A stretch of 64,000 nucleotides of DNA from Fidelibacterota bacterium (GTDB lineage Bacteria > Fidelibacterota > Marinisomatia > Marinisomatales > Marinisomataceae): contig BOWX01000001.1 of assembly GCA_019650355.1 (NCBI GenBank), forward strand, positions 10,514 to 74,513. The letters run 5' to 3'. Both the position numbers and the translations under genes were made by a program. The stretch's first letter is position 1; each line of letters begins with the position of its first letter. Shown here in pieces: positions 11,236 to 22,389 of the stretch. The notes beneath the pieces are model-generated. The model ran no database searches, was not told the origin of the DNA, and saw nothing but the letters and a program-made list of their open reading frames with translations.

Positions 11236-13856
11236 AGTTATTAGAAAAAAAACATAGCCCTTCAGATATTGAGAGTAAATGGTATAAACATTGGATTGAA
11301 AAAAAATATTTTTCAAGTAAAGAATCTGAAAACCATTATACAATCGTAATTCCCCCACCTAATGTTACTGGTAAGCTTCATATGGGGCATGTTCTTAATA
11401 ATACTATTCAAGATATATTGATTAGAAAAGCTAGAATGGAGGGTAAAAATGCATGCTGGATTCCTGGTACAGATCATGCGTCAATTGCTACTGAATCAAA
11501 AGTAACTAAGATGCTTGAAGAGCAAGGAATTAATAAAAAAGATTTAACTAGAGAAGAGTTTTTAAAGCATGCGTGGGAATGGAAAGAAGAATATGGTGGT
11601 ACTATCATTAATCAACTTCAAAAACTAGGGTGTTCGTGTGATTGGGATAAAACTAGTTTTACTATGGATGAAGATTATTCTAAAGCTGTTTTAGAGTCTT
11701 TTGTTCAACTATATAATAAAGGATTGATTTATAAAGGTAGTAAGCTAGTAAACTGGTGTCCAAAGTCACAGACCGCTTTAAGCGATGAAGAAGTTATGTT
11801 TAAAGAGGTCAATGGAACTCTTTGGTATATTAAATATGCTATTAATGATTCTGATACATTTATAGAAATTGCAACAACCAGACCAGAAACTATGTTAGGT
11901 GATACAGCAATAGCAGTAAATCCTAATGATAAAAGATATAAAGAATTGATAGGTAAGACAGCATTATTACCATTAGTTGGTAGAAGTATTCCTATTATAG
12001 CAGATGACATGGTAGATCCTGAATTTGGAACGGGCTGTGTTAAAATTACACCTGCACACGATTTGAATGATTATGAAGTAGGAATAAAGCATAATCTCGA
12101 AATGATTAATATTATGAATGCAGACAGTTCTATTAGCGATAAAGCTCCAGAAAAGTATAGAGGGATGTCAAGGGAGGCTGCTAGAAAGCAAATTGTTCTT
12201 GATTTAAAAGACATAAATCATCTAATAAAAGAAGAGGATTACTTTCATAAGGTTGGATATTCAGAACGAGGAAATGTACCAATTGAATATTATTTGTCAG
12301 AGCAATGGTTTTTAAAAATGGAAGATTTAGCTAAGCCAGCTAGCAAAGCAGTTAAAAATAATGAAATTAATTTTTACCCAAATCATTGGGTTAAAACCTA
12401 CAATCATTGGATGGATAATATTCAAGATTGGTGCATAAGCAGACAACTTTATTGGGGCCATCAAATACCTGTGTGGTATAAAAAAGGTACTGATAGAGCT
12501 AATCAAGATAATTGGTTCGTTTCAACCACACCGCCAACAGATTTAGAAAATTGGGAACAAGATAATGATGTTTTAGATACGTGGTTTAGTTCATGGTTGT
12601 GGCCTTTTGCAGTTCATGGATGGCCAGATGTAAAAACCACAAAATATTTTCCAACCAACGCACTAGTAACTGGCCCAGATATCATTTTCTTTTGGGTAGC
12701 AAGAATGATTATGTCCGGATATGAATTTATGGGTGATTTGCCATTTAAAGATGTTTATTTCACGAGCATTTTAAGAGACGAAAAAGGCAGAAAATTAAGT
12801 AAGTCCTTAGGAAATTCTCCTGATCCAATAACATTATTTGAAAAATATGGTACTGATGCAACTAGATTTTCCATAATGCTGATGTCACCACAGGGTTCTG
12901 ATGTATATTTTTCAGAGCATGGAATTGAAGTCGGAAGAAACTTTATGACCAAGATTTGGAATGCAAGTAGATTTATTATGCTCAATCACGAAGATTCATT
13001 TGCAGATGAGATTGATATTGAAGCATTAGATAATTTTGATAAATGGATTCTTGATTCACTAGACGAAACAGTCAATGAAGTCAATAAATACTTCGATAAA
13101 TATCAGTTTAATGAAGCAATAAAAAAAATCTATGATTTTACATGGAATGAGTTTTGTAATTGGTATATAGAAATTGTAAAACACAGATTTAGAGAAGGTG
13201 ATATTACTTCAAAAAGTAATTCGTTTAATATTTCTAAAAAAATAATTAAGAAAGTTCTATTATTATTACACCCAATTGCACCATTTGTATCTGAAGAGAT
13301 TTGGAATCACCTGAAAGATACTAATGAAGAAGATATTATTATATCATCTTGGCCTAAAGCTAAAAATAGCAACATAAGTCACAACAAAGATGAAATTTTA
13401 GATTTTAAAGAAATAGTTACTTCAATTAGAACTATTCGCTCAGAATTAAATGTTCCACCATCTAAAAAAATTGACGTGATAGCTCATGCAAAAAATGAAT
13501 CAATTGAGAGCAGATTAAATCCTTTAATTGATCTAATTAAATCTTTATCAAATTCTAAAAATTTGAATTTGAGTTCAAAAAAAGAAAAGCCAGAAAACTC
13601 TGCAGTAGCAGTATGCAAGTCAGTGGAGCTATATATTCCATTAGGGGATTTAGTAAATAAGGAGGAAGAACTCCAAAAGCTTGACAAAAGATTAAGCGAA
13701 CTAGACAAACTCATTTCATCAATTGAGAGCAAGTTGTCTAATGAAGAGTTTATAAGTAAAGCTCCTGAAAATATAGTTAATGGTGAAAAAAATAAACTAA
13801 GTGATTTTCTTGTTGAAAGAACAAAAATTCTTTCTAATATTGAGGTATTAAAATGA
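11232..13856 (+). CDS. valS: valine--tRNA ligase
   Basis: PPPNVTGKLHMGH (HIGH), KLSKSLGN (KMSKS), the editing-domain TTRPETMLGDTA motif and a C-terminal coiled coil. 874 aa. Confidence 0.95.
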   Translation: MKLLEKKHSPSDIESKWYKHWIEKKYFSSKESENHYTIVIPPPNVTGKLHMGHVLNNTIQDILIRKARMEGKNACWIPGTDHASIATESKVTKMLEEQGINKKDLTREEFLKHAWEWKEEYGGTIINQLQKLGCSCDWDKTSFTMDEDYSKAVLESFVQLYNKGLIYKGSKLVNWCPKSQTALSDEEVMFKEVNGTLWYIKYAINDSDTFIEIATTRPETMLGDTAIAVNPNDKRYKELIGKTALLPLVGRSIPIIADDMVDPEFGTGCVKITPAHDLNDYEVGIKHNLEMINIMNADSSISDKAPEKYRGMSREAARKQIVLDLKDINHLIKEEDYFHKVGYSERGNVPIEYYLSEQWFLKMEDLAKPASKAVKNNEINFYPNHWVKTYNHWMDNIQDWCISRQLYWGHQIPVWYKKGTDRANQDNWFVSTTPPTDLENWEQDNDVLDTWFSSWLWPFAVHGWPDVKTTKYFPTNALVTGPDIIFFWVARMIMSGYEFMGDLPFKDVYFTSILRDEKGRKLSKSLGNSPDPITLFEKYGTDATRFSIMLMSPQGSDVYFSEHGIEVGRNFMTKIWNASRFIMLNHEDSFADEIDIEALDNFDKWILDSLDETVNEVNKYFDKYQFNEAIKKIYDFTWNEFCNWYIEIVKHRFREGDITSKSNSFNISKKIIKKVLLLLHPIAPFVSEEIWNHLKDTNEEDIIISSWPKAKNSNISHNKDEILDFKEIVTSIRTIRSELNVPPSKKIDVIAHAKNESIESRLNPLIDLIKSLSNSKNLNLSSKKEKPENSAVAVCKSVELYIPLGDLVNKEEELQKLDKRLSELDKLISSIESKLSNEEFISKAPENIVNGEKNKLSDFLVERTKILSNIEVLK

Positions 13857-15181
13857 AAAAATTAATTTTTATACTTTTATCATTTAGTTTGGTGTTTTCC
13901 CAACAAGAATCTTCAAATAGATCTCTAACGATTTATAAAGATAATTTTGCTGTGATAAAGGAGCCAATTATATGGAATTTGAAATCCGGTAGCAACATCA
14001 CTTCCTTCTCAAATATTTCAAAAAACTTATTATTTGATTCACCTGTTTTAAATATTGAAGGAGTAGAAGTTTTATCTCAGACCTTAAATAAAAATTTTTC
14101 ATCCACTGATAGTTTTTTAAAAAATAGTATAGGTTCACCAGTTGAAATTATACCGATAAGTGGAAGTAGAACAGAAGGTTTATTGATGGATATTAATAGT
14201 TCAAGCATATCTGTTAAAACCAGTAAAGGCCTTGTTGTATTTCAAAGATCACAATTACTTTCATTTACATTAAAATCAAATAGTGTTCAGGATAAATTTA
14301 CTCCTGAAATAGTATGGGAATTAATTTCAATTGAAGAAAAACCTGTTAATGCAGAGTTAACATATATTTCTTCAGGATTTTCTTGGAAGCCAATTTACAC
14401 ATTAACGATTAACGGTGATGATTCTACTGCTTCATTAATGGTTAATGCAGAGGTAACAAATAATTCAAATGTTAGTCTTTTTGCCGCCAATTTAAAAGTT
14501 GTAGAAGGTAGTGTTCCTTTAAATTCCTCTTCTAAAAAATCATCATATCAAATGATGGAATCTAGAAGTGCTATGGATACTAGAAATTCATTAGGAGATT
14601 TTTATATCTTTGATATTGGTTCAAATCTAAAGCTAGATTCTATGCAATCAATTCAATTGCCCCTAATGGAGTCTAGACAGATTACTTACGACAAAAAGTA
14701 TATATTTGAAAATTCTGAAAGAGATCAGGGAGATGAACCTTTAAGTATTGAAGTTTCATTTGAAAACTCGGCTTCAAATAATTTGGAACTTCCATTACCG
14801 TCAGGAGTACTATTCCTCTATGAAAAAGATGATAAAAATTCAATGAACTTCATTGGAAGAAATTCACTTACTCAGCTATATAAAGGTGGTGTAGCAATTT
14901 TAGATGGAGGAAAGGCATTTGACATTATTGGGAAAAGAAGAATTTTAAATTTTGATAGACAGTCCAACAGTGAAGAATCTACTATATCTCTACAAATACT
15001 TAATACCAGTGATAAATCTATTAAAGTTAAAGCAGTAGAAAAAATCTATGGAGACTGGGTGATTAAAGAATCTTCTTCGATGTATATAAAAGAAGATGCA
15101 TCAACAATATATTTCCCATTAGAGATTGAACCTGGACAAACTGAGCTAATTACTTATACTTACAAAAAAGAATGGAAGTAA
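13853..15181 (+). CDS. secreted DUF4139-family protein
   Basis: Signal peptide (ILLSFSLVFSQQ). The AELTYISSGFSWKPIYTL block resembles the DUF4139 core as I remember it. Function unknown. Confidence 0.45.
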   Translation: MKKLIFILLSFSLVFSQQESSNRSLTIYKDNFAVIKEPIIWNLKSGSNITSFSNISKNLLFDSPVLNIEGVEVLSQTLNKNFSSTDSFLKNSIGSPVEIIPISGSRTEGLLMDINSSSISVKTSKGLVVFQRSQLLSFTLKSNSVQDKFTPEIVWELISIEEKPVNAELTYISSGFSWKPIYTLTINGDDSTASLMVNAEVTNNSNVSLFAANLKVVEGSVPLNSSSKKSSYQMMESRSAMDTRNSLGDFYIFDIGSNLKLDSMQSIQLPLMESRQITYDKKYIFENSERDQGDEPLSIEVSFENSASNNLELPLPSGVLFLYEKDDKNSMNFIGRNSLTQLYKGGVAILDGGKAFDIIGKRRILNFDRQSNSEESTISLQILNTSDKSIKVKAVEKIYGDWVIKESSSMYIKEDASTIYFPLEIEPGQTELITYTYKKEWK

Positions 15182-15187
15182 TGTCTT

Positions 15188-17288
15188 TTGAGCGAAGCTT
15201 TACAAAATTCTAATTCGTTAGATACCCCAATTCAATTCATCAAGGGCGTAGGTCCAAAAAGAGCTAAAGTGCTCGAATCATTAAATATTTTTACCATTAA
15301 AGATTTATTATACTATTTTCCTCGAAAATATTTAGATAGAACATCTCTTTCAACAATTGGATCTATTAGTGAAGGAGATGAAGTAAACTTGGTTGGTAGA
15401 GTCAAATCTGTAAATCTCAGAAGAATGAAAAAAGGAAACTTTGTTACTGCTAATGTAGCAGATCATACTGGTTCCATTAGATTAATGTGGTTTAACGCTG
15501 CGGATTACATTCATCAATCTCTTAAAGTTGGTGATTTGTTAACAATGCATGGCAAGGTAGCAGCGTATAAAGGTAGTCCACAGATAGTTCATCCTGAATA
15601 TGATAAATTAAATGCAAATGAAATTTCATTAACTACAGGATTTATTATCCCAGTTTATCCCTTAACAGATGATTTAAAAAAATCAGGACTCGATAACAGA
15701 AATTTGAGAAAAAATAATTTATTTAGCTTTAGAATCAGTAGACAGTATTGATGATCATTTTGATAAAGATTTAAGAAAAAAATTCAATATTGAAGATTTA
15801 GATATTTCTTTAAGAAATATTCACTACCCAAAAAATTTTGAATCACTAGAAAAGTCAACTCATCGCCTGAAATATGATGAACATTTCTTTCTACAGTTAT
15901 TATTAGCTATGAGAAAAAGTAAAATCAAAGAAAATAAATATGATTCTATAAAATTCAAGACAAAGTCATATAATAAGATATTAAAAAATCTTGATTTTGA
16001 GCTCACAGGCAGTCAGCAACTATCATTGAGAGAGATCGTTGATGATTTTATTTCAGAAAATCCAATGAATCGTATGATTCAAGGAGATGTGGGATGTGGT
16101 AAAACTATTGTATCTATTCTTGCATCATCAATTGTGGTAGATAATGATTATCAAGTTGGAATAATGGCCCCAACTGATCTTTTATCAAAGCAATTGTATA
16201 AAAATTTTAAATCTCATTTCGAAGCTATAGGCATAAAATGTTCCTTGTTAGTTGGAAGCTTAAAGCCGAAAGACAAAGACAAGGTTTTAAAGGATATTAA
16301 ATTAGGGAAATCTAATATAATAATTGGAACACACGCTTTATTTCAAAAGGATGTTCAGTTCCATAATTTAGGATTTGTAGTTATTGATGAACAACATCGA
16401 TTTGGTGTAAACCAAAGGCAAAAGCTTCTATCAAAATCGACTAATCCTAATCTAATGGCAATGACAGCAACACCAATACCAAGAACTCTAGCTATAACCT
16501 ATAATGGGGACATGGATTTATCTATTATTGATGAATTACCAAAAAATAGACCTGACATTCATACTTCGTTTATAGAAAAAGATAATTTATCAACCGCTTT
16601 TAATTTTATAAGGGAAAAAGTAGAAAGCGGAGGACAAACAATTATTGTTTATCCATTAATCAATGAAAGTGAAAAACAAGACTTATCTGCTGCAGTTGAA
16701 TCTTATGAATATTTAAGCAATAGTATTTTTCCTGATTTAAATGTTGGATTAATGCATGGACAATTAGAAGACGAAAATAAAAACAATGAAATGCAAAAAT
16801 TTATGGAAGGAGACATAGATATCTTAGTTTCTACAACTGTTGTTGAGGTTGGAATTGATAATCCAAATGTTAACGTAATGCTTATCAATAATTCTGAAAG
16901 ATTTGGATTAAGTCAGCTTCATCAATTAAGAGGAAGAGTTGGAAGAGGATCTTTGGAAAGTTATTGTCTTTTATGTAGTGATAGCGAATCTCCTAAAACT
17001 AAAGAAAGATTAAGTATCATTGTAAATTCAAGGAATGGTTTTGAAATTGCTGATGAAGATTTAAAATTACGAGGACCCGGAGAGTTTTTTGGAGAAAAGC
17101 AAAGTGGATTTGTAAAATTTAAAATAGCAGATTTAATTACTGACGGACCTATTATTAGAGATGCGAGAATGAATGCTTTTGAAATTATAAAGAATGATGC
17201 AAATTTGACCCATAATAACCATATAAATATCAAGCAAAAGTTTGATGATGAATATTTACAATTATTTTTAAAAACAACAGTAAACTGA
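15188..17288 (+). CDS. recG: ATP-dependent DNA helicase RecG; frameshift in the A-run at 15709-15714
   Basis: N-terminal wedge domain (FIKGVGPKRAKVLE). After the A6 run the frame-0 text LRKIIYLALESVD...IHYPKNFESLEKSTHRLKYDEHFFLQLLLA runs into listed ORF 15909..17288 with helicase motifs GDVGCGKT, DEQHRFGV, MTATPIPRT and QLHQLRGRVGRG. The true start may be the TAATG-overlapping ATG at 15181, which would need one more indel in the T-run at 15186-15189. Confidence 0.85.
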
Positions 17289-17295
17289 GGACTAA

Positions 17296-17610
17296 ATGAA
17301 AGAAAAACCAACAGAAAAACAATTATTTGATGCCTTGATTTCCCAAACAGCTTATGGAATTTGGGTGTCACTTGGAAAATTGCAAAACCCAGTAAGTGGA
17401 GAAACATCTATCGATCTTACTCAAGCATCAATTCAAATAGATATGTTAGATATGATTAACAATAAAATGCATGCTAGTCTTACGGATGAAGAAAGAGAGT
17501 ATATTGATAAAGTTTTAGCTGAAGCAAAAATGAATTATCTTGAAGTTGAGAAAAATGAGAACGAACAAGATAGTTTAAAAGAAGAAAATAAAGAAGAACC
17601 AGAAGCATAG
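17296..17610 (+). CDS. DUF1844-domain protein
   Basis: 104 aa. LGKLQNPVSGETSIDLTQASIQIDMLDMINNKMHASLTDEE matches the DUF1844 pattern as I remember it. Acidic C-terminal tail. Confidence 0.5.
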   Translation: MKEKPTEKQLFDALISQTAYGIWVSLGKLQNPVSGETSIDLTQASIQIDMLDMINNKMHASLTDEEREYIDKVLAEAKMNYLEVEKNENEQDSLKEENKEEPEA

Positions 17611-17612
17611 AG

Positions 17613-20492
17613 TTGAGTTTTTTCACTACTTATAGCAAAAAATTAGAAAATCTAATTGCTGGAGTTATTTTTCTCATAACATTTGCAGTATATTTTTCAA
17701 CAATGGCTCCTACAGTATCTTTCTGGGATACTGGAGAGTTCATAGCAACTTCTCATATTTTAGGAGTACCTCATCCTCCAGGAAGTCCACTATTTTTATT
17801 GGTTGGTAAATTTTTTAGTCTAATACCCATCAGTAGTGATATTGCATTCAGAGTGAATATTTTTTCACCTATAATAAGTGCATTAACCATTAGTCTCCTA
17901 TTTCTCATTTGTAATCAATTCATTGATAGAATAGATCCAAGTGATAATAATAAGTTTTTTAAGATGTGGTCCTCTTTAACTGCTTCTTTGACTTTTGCCT
18001 TCACTCATAGTCATTGGTTTAATGCTGTTGAAACTGAAGTGTATGCTTTTAGCGGATTTATGACTGCTCTAGTTGTATTTCTAATAATGCGCTGGTCTCA
18101 AAAAATTCATGATTCAAATCATATCATATACTTAATATTTATTAGCTATATCATTGGATTAGCAACAGGTTTACATTTACTTAATCTGTTAACTATCCCA
18201 TTTATTGGACTAATAATATATTTTTCAATCGGAAAATTGAGCACCAAAAATTTGATTCTTACCTTTATATTTTCTTTAATTATTTTTTTTGGAATTCAGA
18301 GTGTTATTATAAAAGGCCTCCCGCAATTAACTGCATCTTTAGGATTAGTTGGACTATGTTTTTTAATTATTTTATGGGCTTCAATGACTATTTACTCAAT
18401 TAAATCAAACAAAACTTTTTTATCAATTTTCTTATCATCTGTTTTACTGATTGTAATTGGCTATTCCACATATTTTGCAATTTTTATTCGATCTGGCCAA
18501 AATCCCAATATAGATGAAAATAATCCTGAAACTATTTCTGAAGCTATTTCTTATCTAAACCGAGACCAATATGGTCAAATGACTATTTTGCCAAGAAAAT
18601 TTGATAATCTTTCTTCAAAAGTTTCTATTGTGGGATCTCCAGCTGATGACAACTCACAGTTTTCATTTGATCAGGAATTGGATTACATGTTTCATGATAT
18701 TCCATCTCAAGCAAGCTTTTTATGGAATTACCAAATTAAAAAAATGTATTTAAGATATTTCTTATGGCAATTTGCAGGTAAAGGTGACAGCGGAGACCCA
18801 TTTGTTGCAAGTGTTGGAGCATCCTCTGATGAAGATGGAGTGGATTGGAGACAATTCGGATTACCAATTGCACTTATAATGGGCTTAATTGGAATAGGAT
18901 ATCACTTCAGGAGGAATAAACAAGATGCATTTTCTTTATTGATATTATTTTTAATGACCGGTATTGCAATTATTTTTTATCTCAATCAAGATGCTCCTCA
19001 ACCAAGAGAGCGTGATTATGCTTATGTAGCAAGTTTTATGACTTTTTCCATTTGGATTGGTTTAGGTATCTATTCATTCATCAATTTCATTACAGATTCT
19101 TTACTAGAAAAGTCAATTAAGTTAAAATCATCTTACTTTATGATAGGGTTATTCATTCTATTTATGCCAACTAGAATGTTAATTGCCAATTATCATGAAC
19201 ATGACAGAACAGGAAACTACATTGCTTGGGATATGGCATATAATATGCTTCAAACATGTGAACCAAACTCAATTCTTTTTACAAACGGAGATAATGACAC
19301 ATTTCCTTTATGGTATTTACAAGAAGTTGAACAAATAAGAACTGATGTGGTAGTTGCCAATTTGAGTCTTTTAAATACCACCTGGTATGTTGAGCAATTA
19401 AGAGAACGATATAAAGATAATCCGTTTATTAAAATGAGCGATAAGGAAATTCAAAGTCTAGATTTTAAAAGATGGGAATCAAAGAAAATCTCTATAAATG
19501 CTCCAAAAGATAGCAACAATGAGATAGGTAAAATTGAGTGGGAATTAAATCCTACCTATTTAGGCGTTGCATTAAGAACACAAGATCTTATGGTTTTAAG
19601 AATAATTAATGATAATAATTGGAATAGACCGATTTATTTTGGTGTGACTGTTTCCCCTACAAGCATGCTAAATCTTGATAACTATTTACAAATGGAAGGT
19701 TTAGCATACAGATTAGTAAATAATTCAAATCAGATAATTAATCAAAATAAAATGTCGGATAATTTATTATCATATATTGGAGATAATTCTTGGTTTACTG
19801 ATTACGATTCAAATAAATACAATTTACTCGATAGAGATATTTCAAAAGAATATCAGAGAGGATATATCTTTAGAAATCTTGCAAATGAGAAAGTATATGT
19901 TGATCCTCAATTAGGGCGATTGGTACAAAATTATCGTACTGGATTTGTAAGACTTTCTATATCTCATTATTTAAATAAAGATTTTCAAAAAGCTGAAGCG
20001 GCTCTTCTGAAAATGGAAGAAATTATGCCAAGCAGTATTATTCCTATACCTTCAAAACAACTTCAATACCAAATTGCACAAGTTTATAGTGGTGTAGGTA
20101 ATCAAGCTAAAATGAAATATCATATGAAAGAGCTTGTTGAAAGAAAAGATTTATTACTTGAAGACTATATTTTGTATGGGAAGACTTTCATTCAACTTTT
20201 AGAAGATTATGATGAGTCAAAATTAATTTTTGAAACTATATACCAGAATTATAAGCTTATTGAACAATCAATTTTAAGAAGAGGGTTCACAGCAACAAAA
20301 ATATCAGAAAAAGAATGGCAAGATTGGCAACAGTCACTTCCAGAAATTATTTACCTACTTTTTCTAAGTTACAAAAATCTTGAAATGTATGATGAAGCCA
20401 AAATATTATTAAATGATTGGATTAATAAGAATCCTGCTGATGATAATGCAAAAGAATTACTTGAGGAAATATTGCAGCTAGAGTCTTCCTAA
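17613..20492 (+). CDS. DUF2723/TMEM260-like polytopic membrane glycosyltransferase-fold protein with TPR-like C-terminal region
   Basis: SFWDTGEFIATSHILGVPHPPGSPLFLLVGK is the hallmark N-terminal loop of DUF2723 (GT-C-like). More than 10 TM helices and a long soluble C-terminus. Confidence 0.65.
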   Translation: MSFFTTYSKKLENLIAGVIFLITFAVYFSTMAPTVSFWDTGEFIATSHILGVPHPPGSPLFLLVGKFFSLIPISSDIAFRVNIFSPIISALTISLLFLICNQFIDRIDPSDNNKFFKMWSSLTASLTFAFTHSHWFNAVETEVYAFSGFMTALVVFLIMRWSQKIHDSNHIIYLIFISYIIGLATGLHLLNLLTIPFIGLIIYFSIGKLSTKNLILTFIFSLIIFFGIQSVIIKGLPQLTASLGLVGLCFLIILWASMTIYSIKSNKTFLSIFLSSVLLIVIGYSTYFAIFIRSGQNPNIDENNPETISEAISYLNRDQYGQMTILPRKFDNLSSKVSIVGSPADDNSQFSFDQELDYMFHDIPSQASFLWNYQIKKMYLRYFLWQFAGKGDSGDPFVASVGASSDEDGVDWRQFGLPIALIMGLIGIGYHFRRNKQDAFSLLILFLMTGIAIIFYLNQDAPQPRERDYAYVASFMTFSIWIGLGIYSFINFITDSLLEKSIKLKSSYFMIGLFILFMPTRMLIANYHEHDRTGNYIAWDMAYNMLQTCEPNSILFTNGDNDTFPLWYLQEVEQIRTDVVVANLSLLNTTWYVEQLRERYKDNPFIKMSDKEIQSLDFKRWESKKISINAPKDSNNEIGKIEWELNPTYLGVALRTQDLMVLRIINDNNWNRPIYFGVTVSPTSMLNLDNYLQMEGLAYRLVNNSNQIINQNKMSDNLLSYIGDNSWFTDYDSNKYNLLDRDISKEYQRGYIFRNLANEKVYVDPQLGRLVQNYRTGFVRLSISHYLNKDFQKAEAALLKMEEIMPSSIIPIPSKQLQYQIAQVYSGVGNQAKMKYHMKELVERKDLLLEDYILYGKTFIQLLEDYDESKLIFETIYQNYKLIEQSILRRGFTATKISEKEWQDWQQSLPEIIYLLFLSYKNLEMYDEAKILLNDWINKNPADDNAKELLEEILQLESS

Positions 20493-21505
20493 TGAAATTA
20501 TCAATTATCATCCCTCACCATAATGGTAAAAAGCTACTTTTTGATTGCTTAGAATCATTATTTGATAATATTTCTATTGATAGTTTTGAGGTTATTGTTG
20601 TAGACAATCATTCAAATGACGGATCAGCTGAGGAGGCCAAGCTTAAATTTCCATCTATCAATTTATTAAAATCAAAAAAAAATTTAGGATATAGTGGAGG
20701 TTGCAATTTTGGAGCAAAAAAAGCCATAGGTGAATATATTATTTTTCTCAATAACGATACATTGCACACAAAAAACTGGATAGAAGAGTTAATCAATTTT
20801 TTAGATAAAAATCCTCATGCGGGTGCAGCTCAGCCTAAAATTCTAAATGCAATAGATAAAGATACATTTGATTATGCTGGTGGAGCTGGTGGCTATATTG
20901 ATAAATATTGTTTCCCTTTTGTTAGAGGAAGATTATTCAATACGCTTGAAAAAGACTTAAATCAACATGACAGTGCTAAGAAAATTTTTTGGGCTTCTGG
21001 TGCAGCTTTTATAATAAGAAAAGAATTGTTACATGAATTAAATTTTTTTGACAATATTTTCTTTGCTTACATGGAAGAGATAGATCTATGCTGGAGACTT
21101 CAAGCGCTTGGTTGGGGAATATGGAATGTACCAACTTCAGTTGTTTTTCATTACGGAAAGCAAACTATAAAACAAAATTCATTTAAATCACATTACTTAA
21201 ATCATAGAAACTCATGGATTTTATTTATTAAAAATTCTCCATCATTTGAAAAAGGAATGTTAATTATAAAGAGATTCATTTTAGATCAAATGGCAGCTAT
21301 CTATTCTATTTTAACTCTAGATTTTAAAAGATTTTTAGCGATTTTTTATTCTCATTTTTGGTTAATCTATAATTTGAGAGTTATGGTAAATGTGAGAAAA
21401 AACAATGATTTAAGACATAAAAATCTTGATTTAATATATAATGGTAGTGTAGCTATTGATTATTTTTTTAAGCGTAAAAAATATTTCAATCAAATATTTG
21501 AATAA
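20492..21505 (+). CDS. family 2 glycosyltransferase
   Basis: LSIIIPHHNGKKLL...VIVVDNHSNDGS...FLNNDT...YMEEIDLCWR is the GT2 (GT-A, DxD-type) pattern. Confidence 0.8.
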   Translation: MKLSIIIPHHNGKKLLFDCLESLFDNISIDSFEVIVVDNHSNDGSAEEAKLKFPSINLLKSKKNLGYSGGCNFGAKKAIGEYIIFLNNDTLHTKNWIEELINFLDKNPHAGAAQPKILNAIDKDTFDYAGGAGGYIDKYCFPFVRGRLFNTLEKDLNQHDSAKKIFWASGAAFIIRKELLHELNFFDNIFFAYMEEIDLCWRLQALGWGIWNVPTSVVFHYGKQTIKQNSFKSHYLNHRNSWILFIKNSPSFEKGMLIIKRFILDQMAAIYSILTLDFKRFLAIFYSHFWLIYNLRVMVNVRKNNDLRHKNLDLIYNGSVAIDYFFKRKKYFNQIFE

Positions 21506-22359
21506 AATTCTTTATATATATTTGATCTTTGAGAGTCTAAGTCTTGAAGTTCTAATAACATCTCTTTTTGACCTAATTTTTCCATTATTTCTCCAATTTT
21601 AGGTCCATGATATTTCATAAACATGTTGGTATAGTTTTCTTGTGAATAATTATTAAATATCTCATCAAGATTATTAATCAATTCATCTAATGCTAATATA
21701 CATTCATCAATATTACCATTTTCAAAAAGTTCATATGATAAGTATGTTGAAAAACGAAGTTTTCTCAAACCTACATTATCTGTTAATAGATTAATTAAGA
21801 GTAATCTTTGCTCCCATCCTCTGGAAAAATTTGATGCACTTGCACGTACAGCTATACTTCTAGCTTTTTCATAATGCTGCGATCCACCCAGAGAGCTCCA
21901 TGTATCTAATTCTGCACCAAGTATTATATTTCCATAAAAACCAAGAAGACTTGATAGGGGATCATAATATACACTATCATAGTAAAGCGAAGAATTTTGA
22001 CTAAGCGAAAATTGAGAACCTTTATCAAAAAAATGTAAATCCATATTATTACTAAATAAAGACTGTATTAGAAAAGATTCTGAGCTACCAGTATTTGCAT
22101 TACCTTCAAAAATAACTTGAATATTTAACTTGAGTTCTAAATCTCTATATTCGTCATTCCAAACAGTATCAACATAAAACTTCTGCATAGAATTTTTAAG
22201 ATTAAATAGTGATGATTTTTCATCATCTCTCAAAAGTCGATCATCAAAAGTTATATTTGCTTCTTTAAACTGAGCATTTAATTCTGAAAAGAATAATACA
22301 ACAATAATGCATTTAACAATTTTTATTGGTAAGGAAATTTTAATTAGTTTTCTTAGCAT
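21490..22359 (-). CDS. hypothetical secreted protein (DUF4835-like)
   Basis: Signal peptide. The size (~290 aa) and the N-terminal pattern (F..ANITFDDR...F.NL...MQKFY.DT.WN..) resemble DUF4835 from memory. Weak call. Confidence 0.3.
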   Translation of the reverse strand: MLRKLIKISLPIKIVKCIIVVLFFSELNAQFKEANITFDDRLLRDDEKSSLFNLKNSMQKFYVDTVWNDEYRDLELKLNIQVIFEGNANTGSSESFLIQSLFSNNMDLHFFDKGSQFSLSQNSSLYYDSVYYDPLSSLLGFYGNIILGAELDTWSSLGGSQHYEKARSIAVRASASNFSRGWEQRLLLINLLTDNVGLRKLRFSTYLSYELFENGNIDECILALDELINNLDEIFNNYSQENYTNMFMKYHGPKIGEIMEKLGQKEMLLELQDLDSQRSNIYKEFYSNI

Positions 22360-22389
22360 AATAGACCTATATATTTTTTAATTTACAAA

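Noticed and set aside
16961-17407. Long antisense or alternative-frame ORFs inside conserved genes: 16961..17407, 27638..28111, 45963..46373, 22473..22841, 43831..44145, 8294..8602, 11729..12010, 25487..25690, 31545..31778 and similar.
   Set aside because: Each lies wholly within or opposite a gene with clear family motifs. Their sequences are low-complexity (Leu/Ile/Ser/Phe-rich), typical of AT-rich shadow ORFs, and they lack Shine-Dalgarno sequences.
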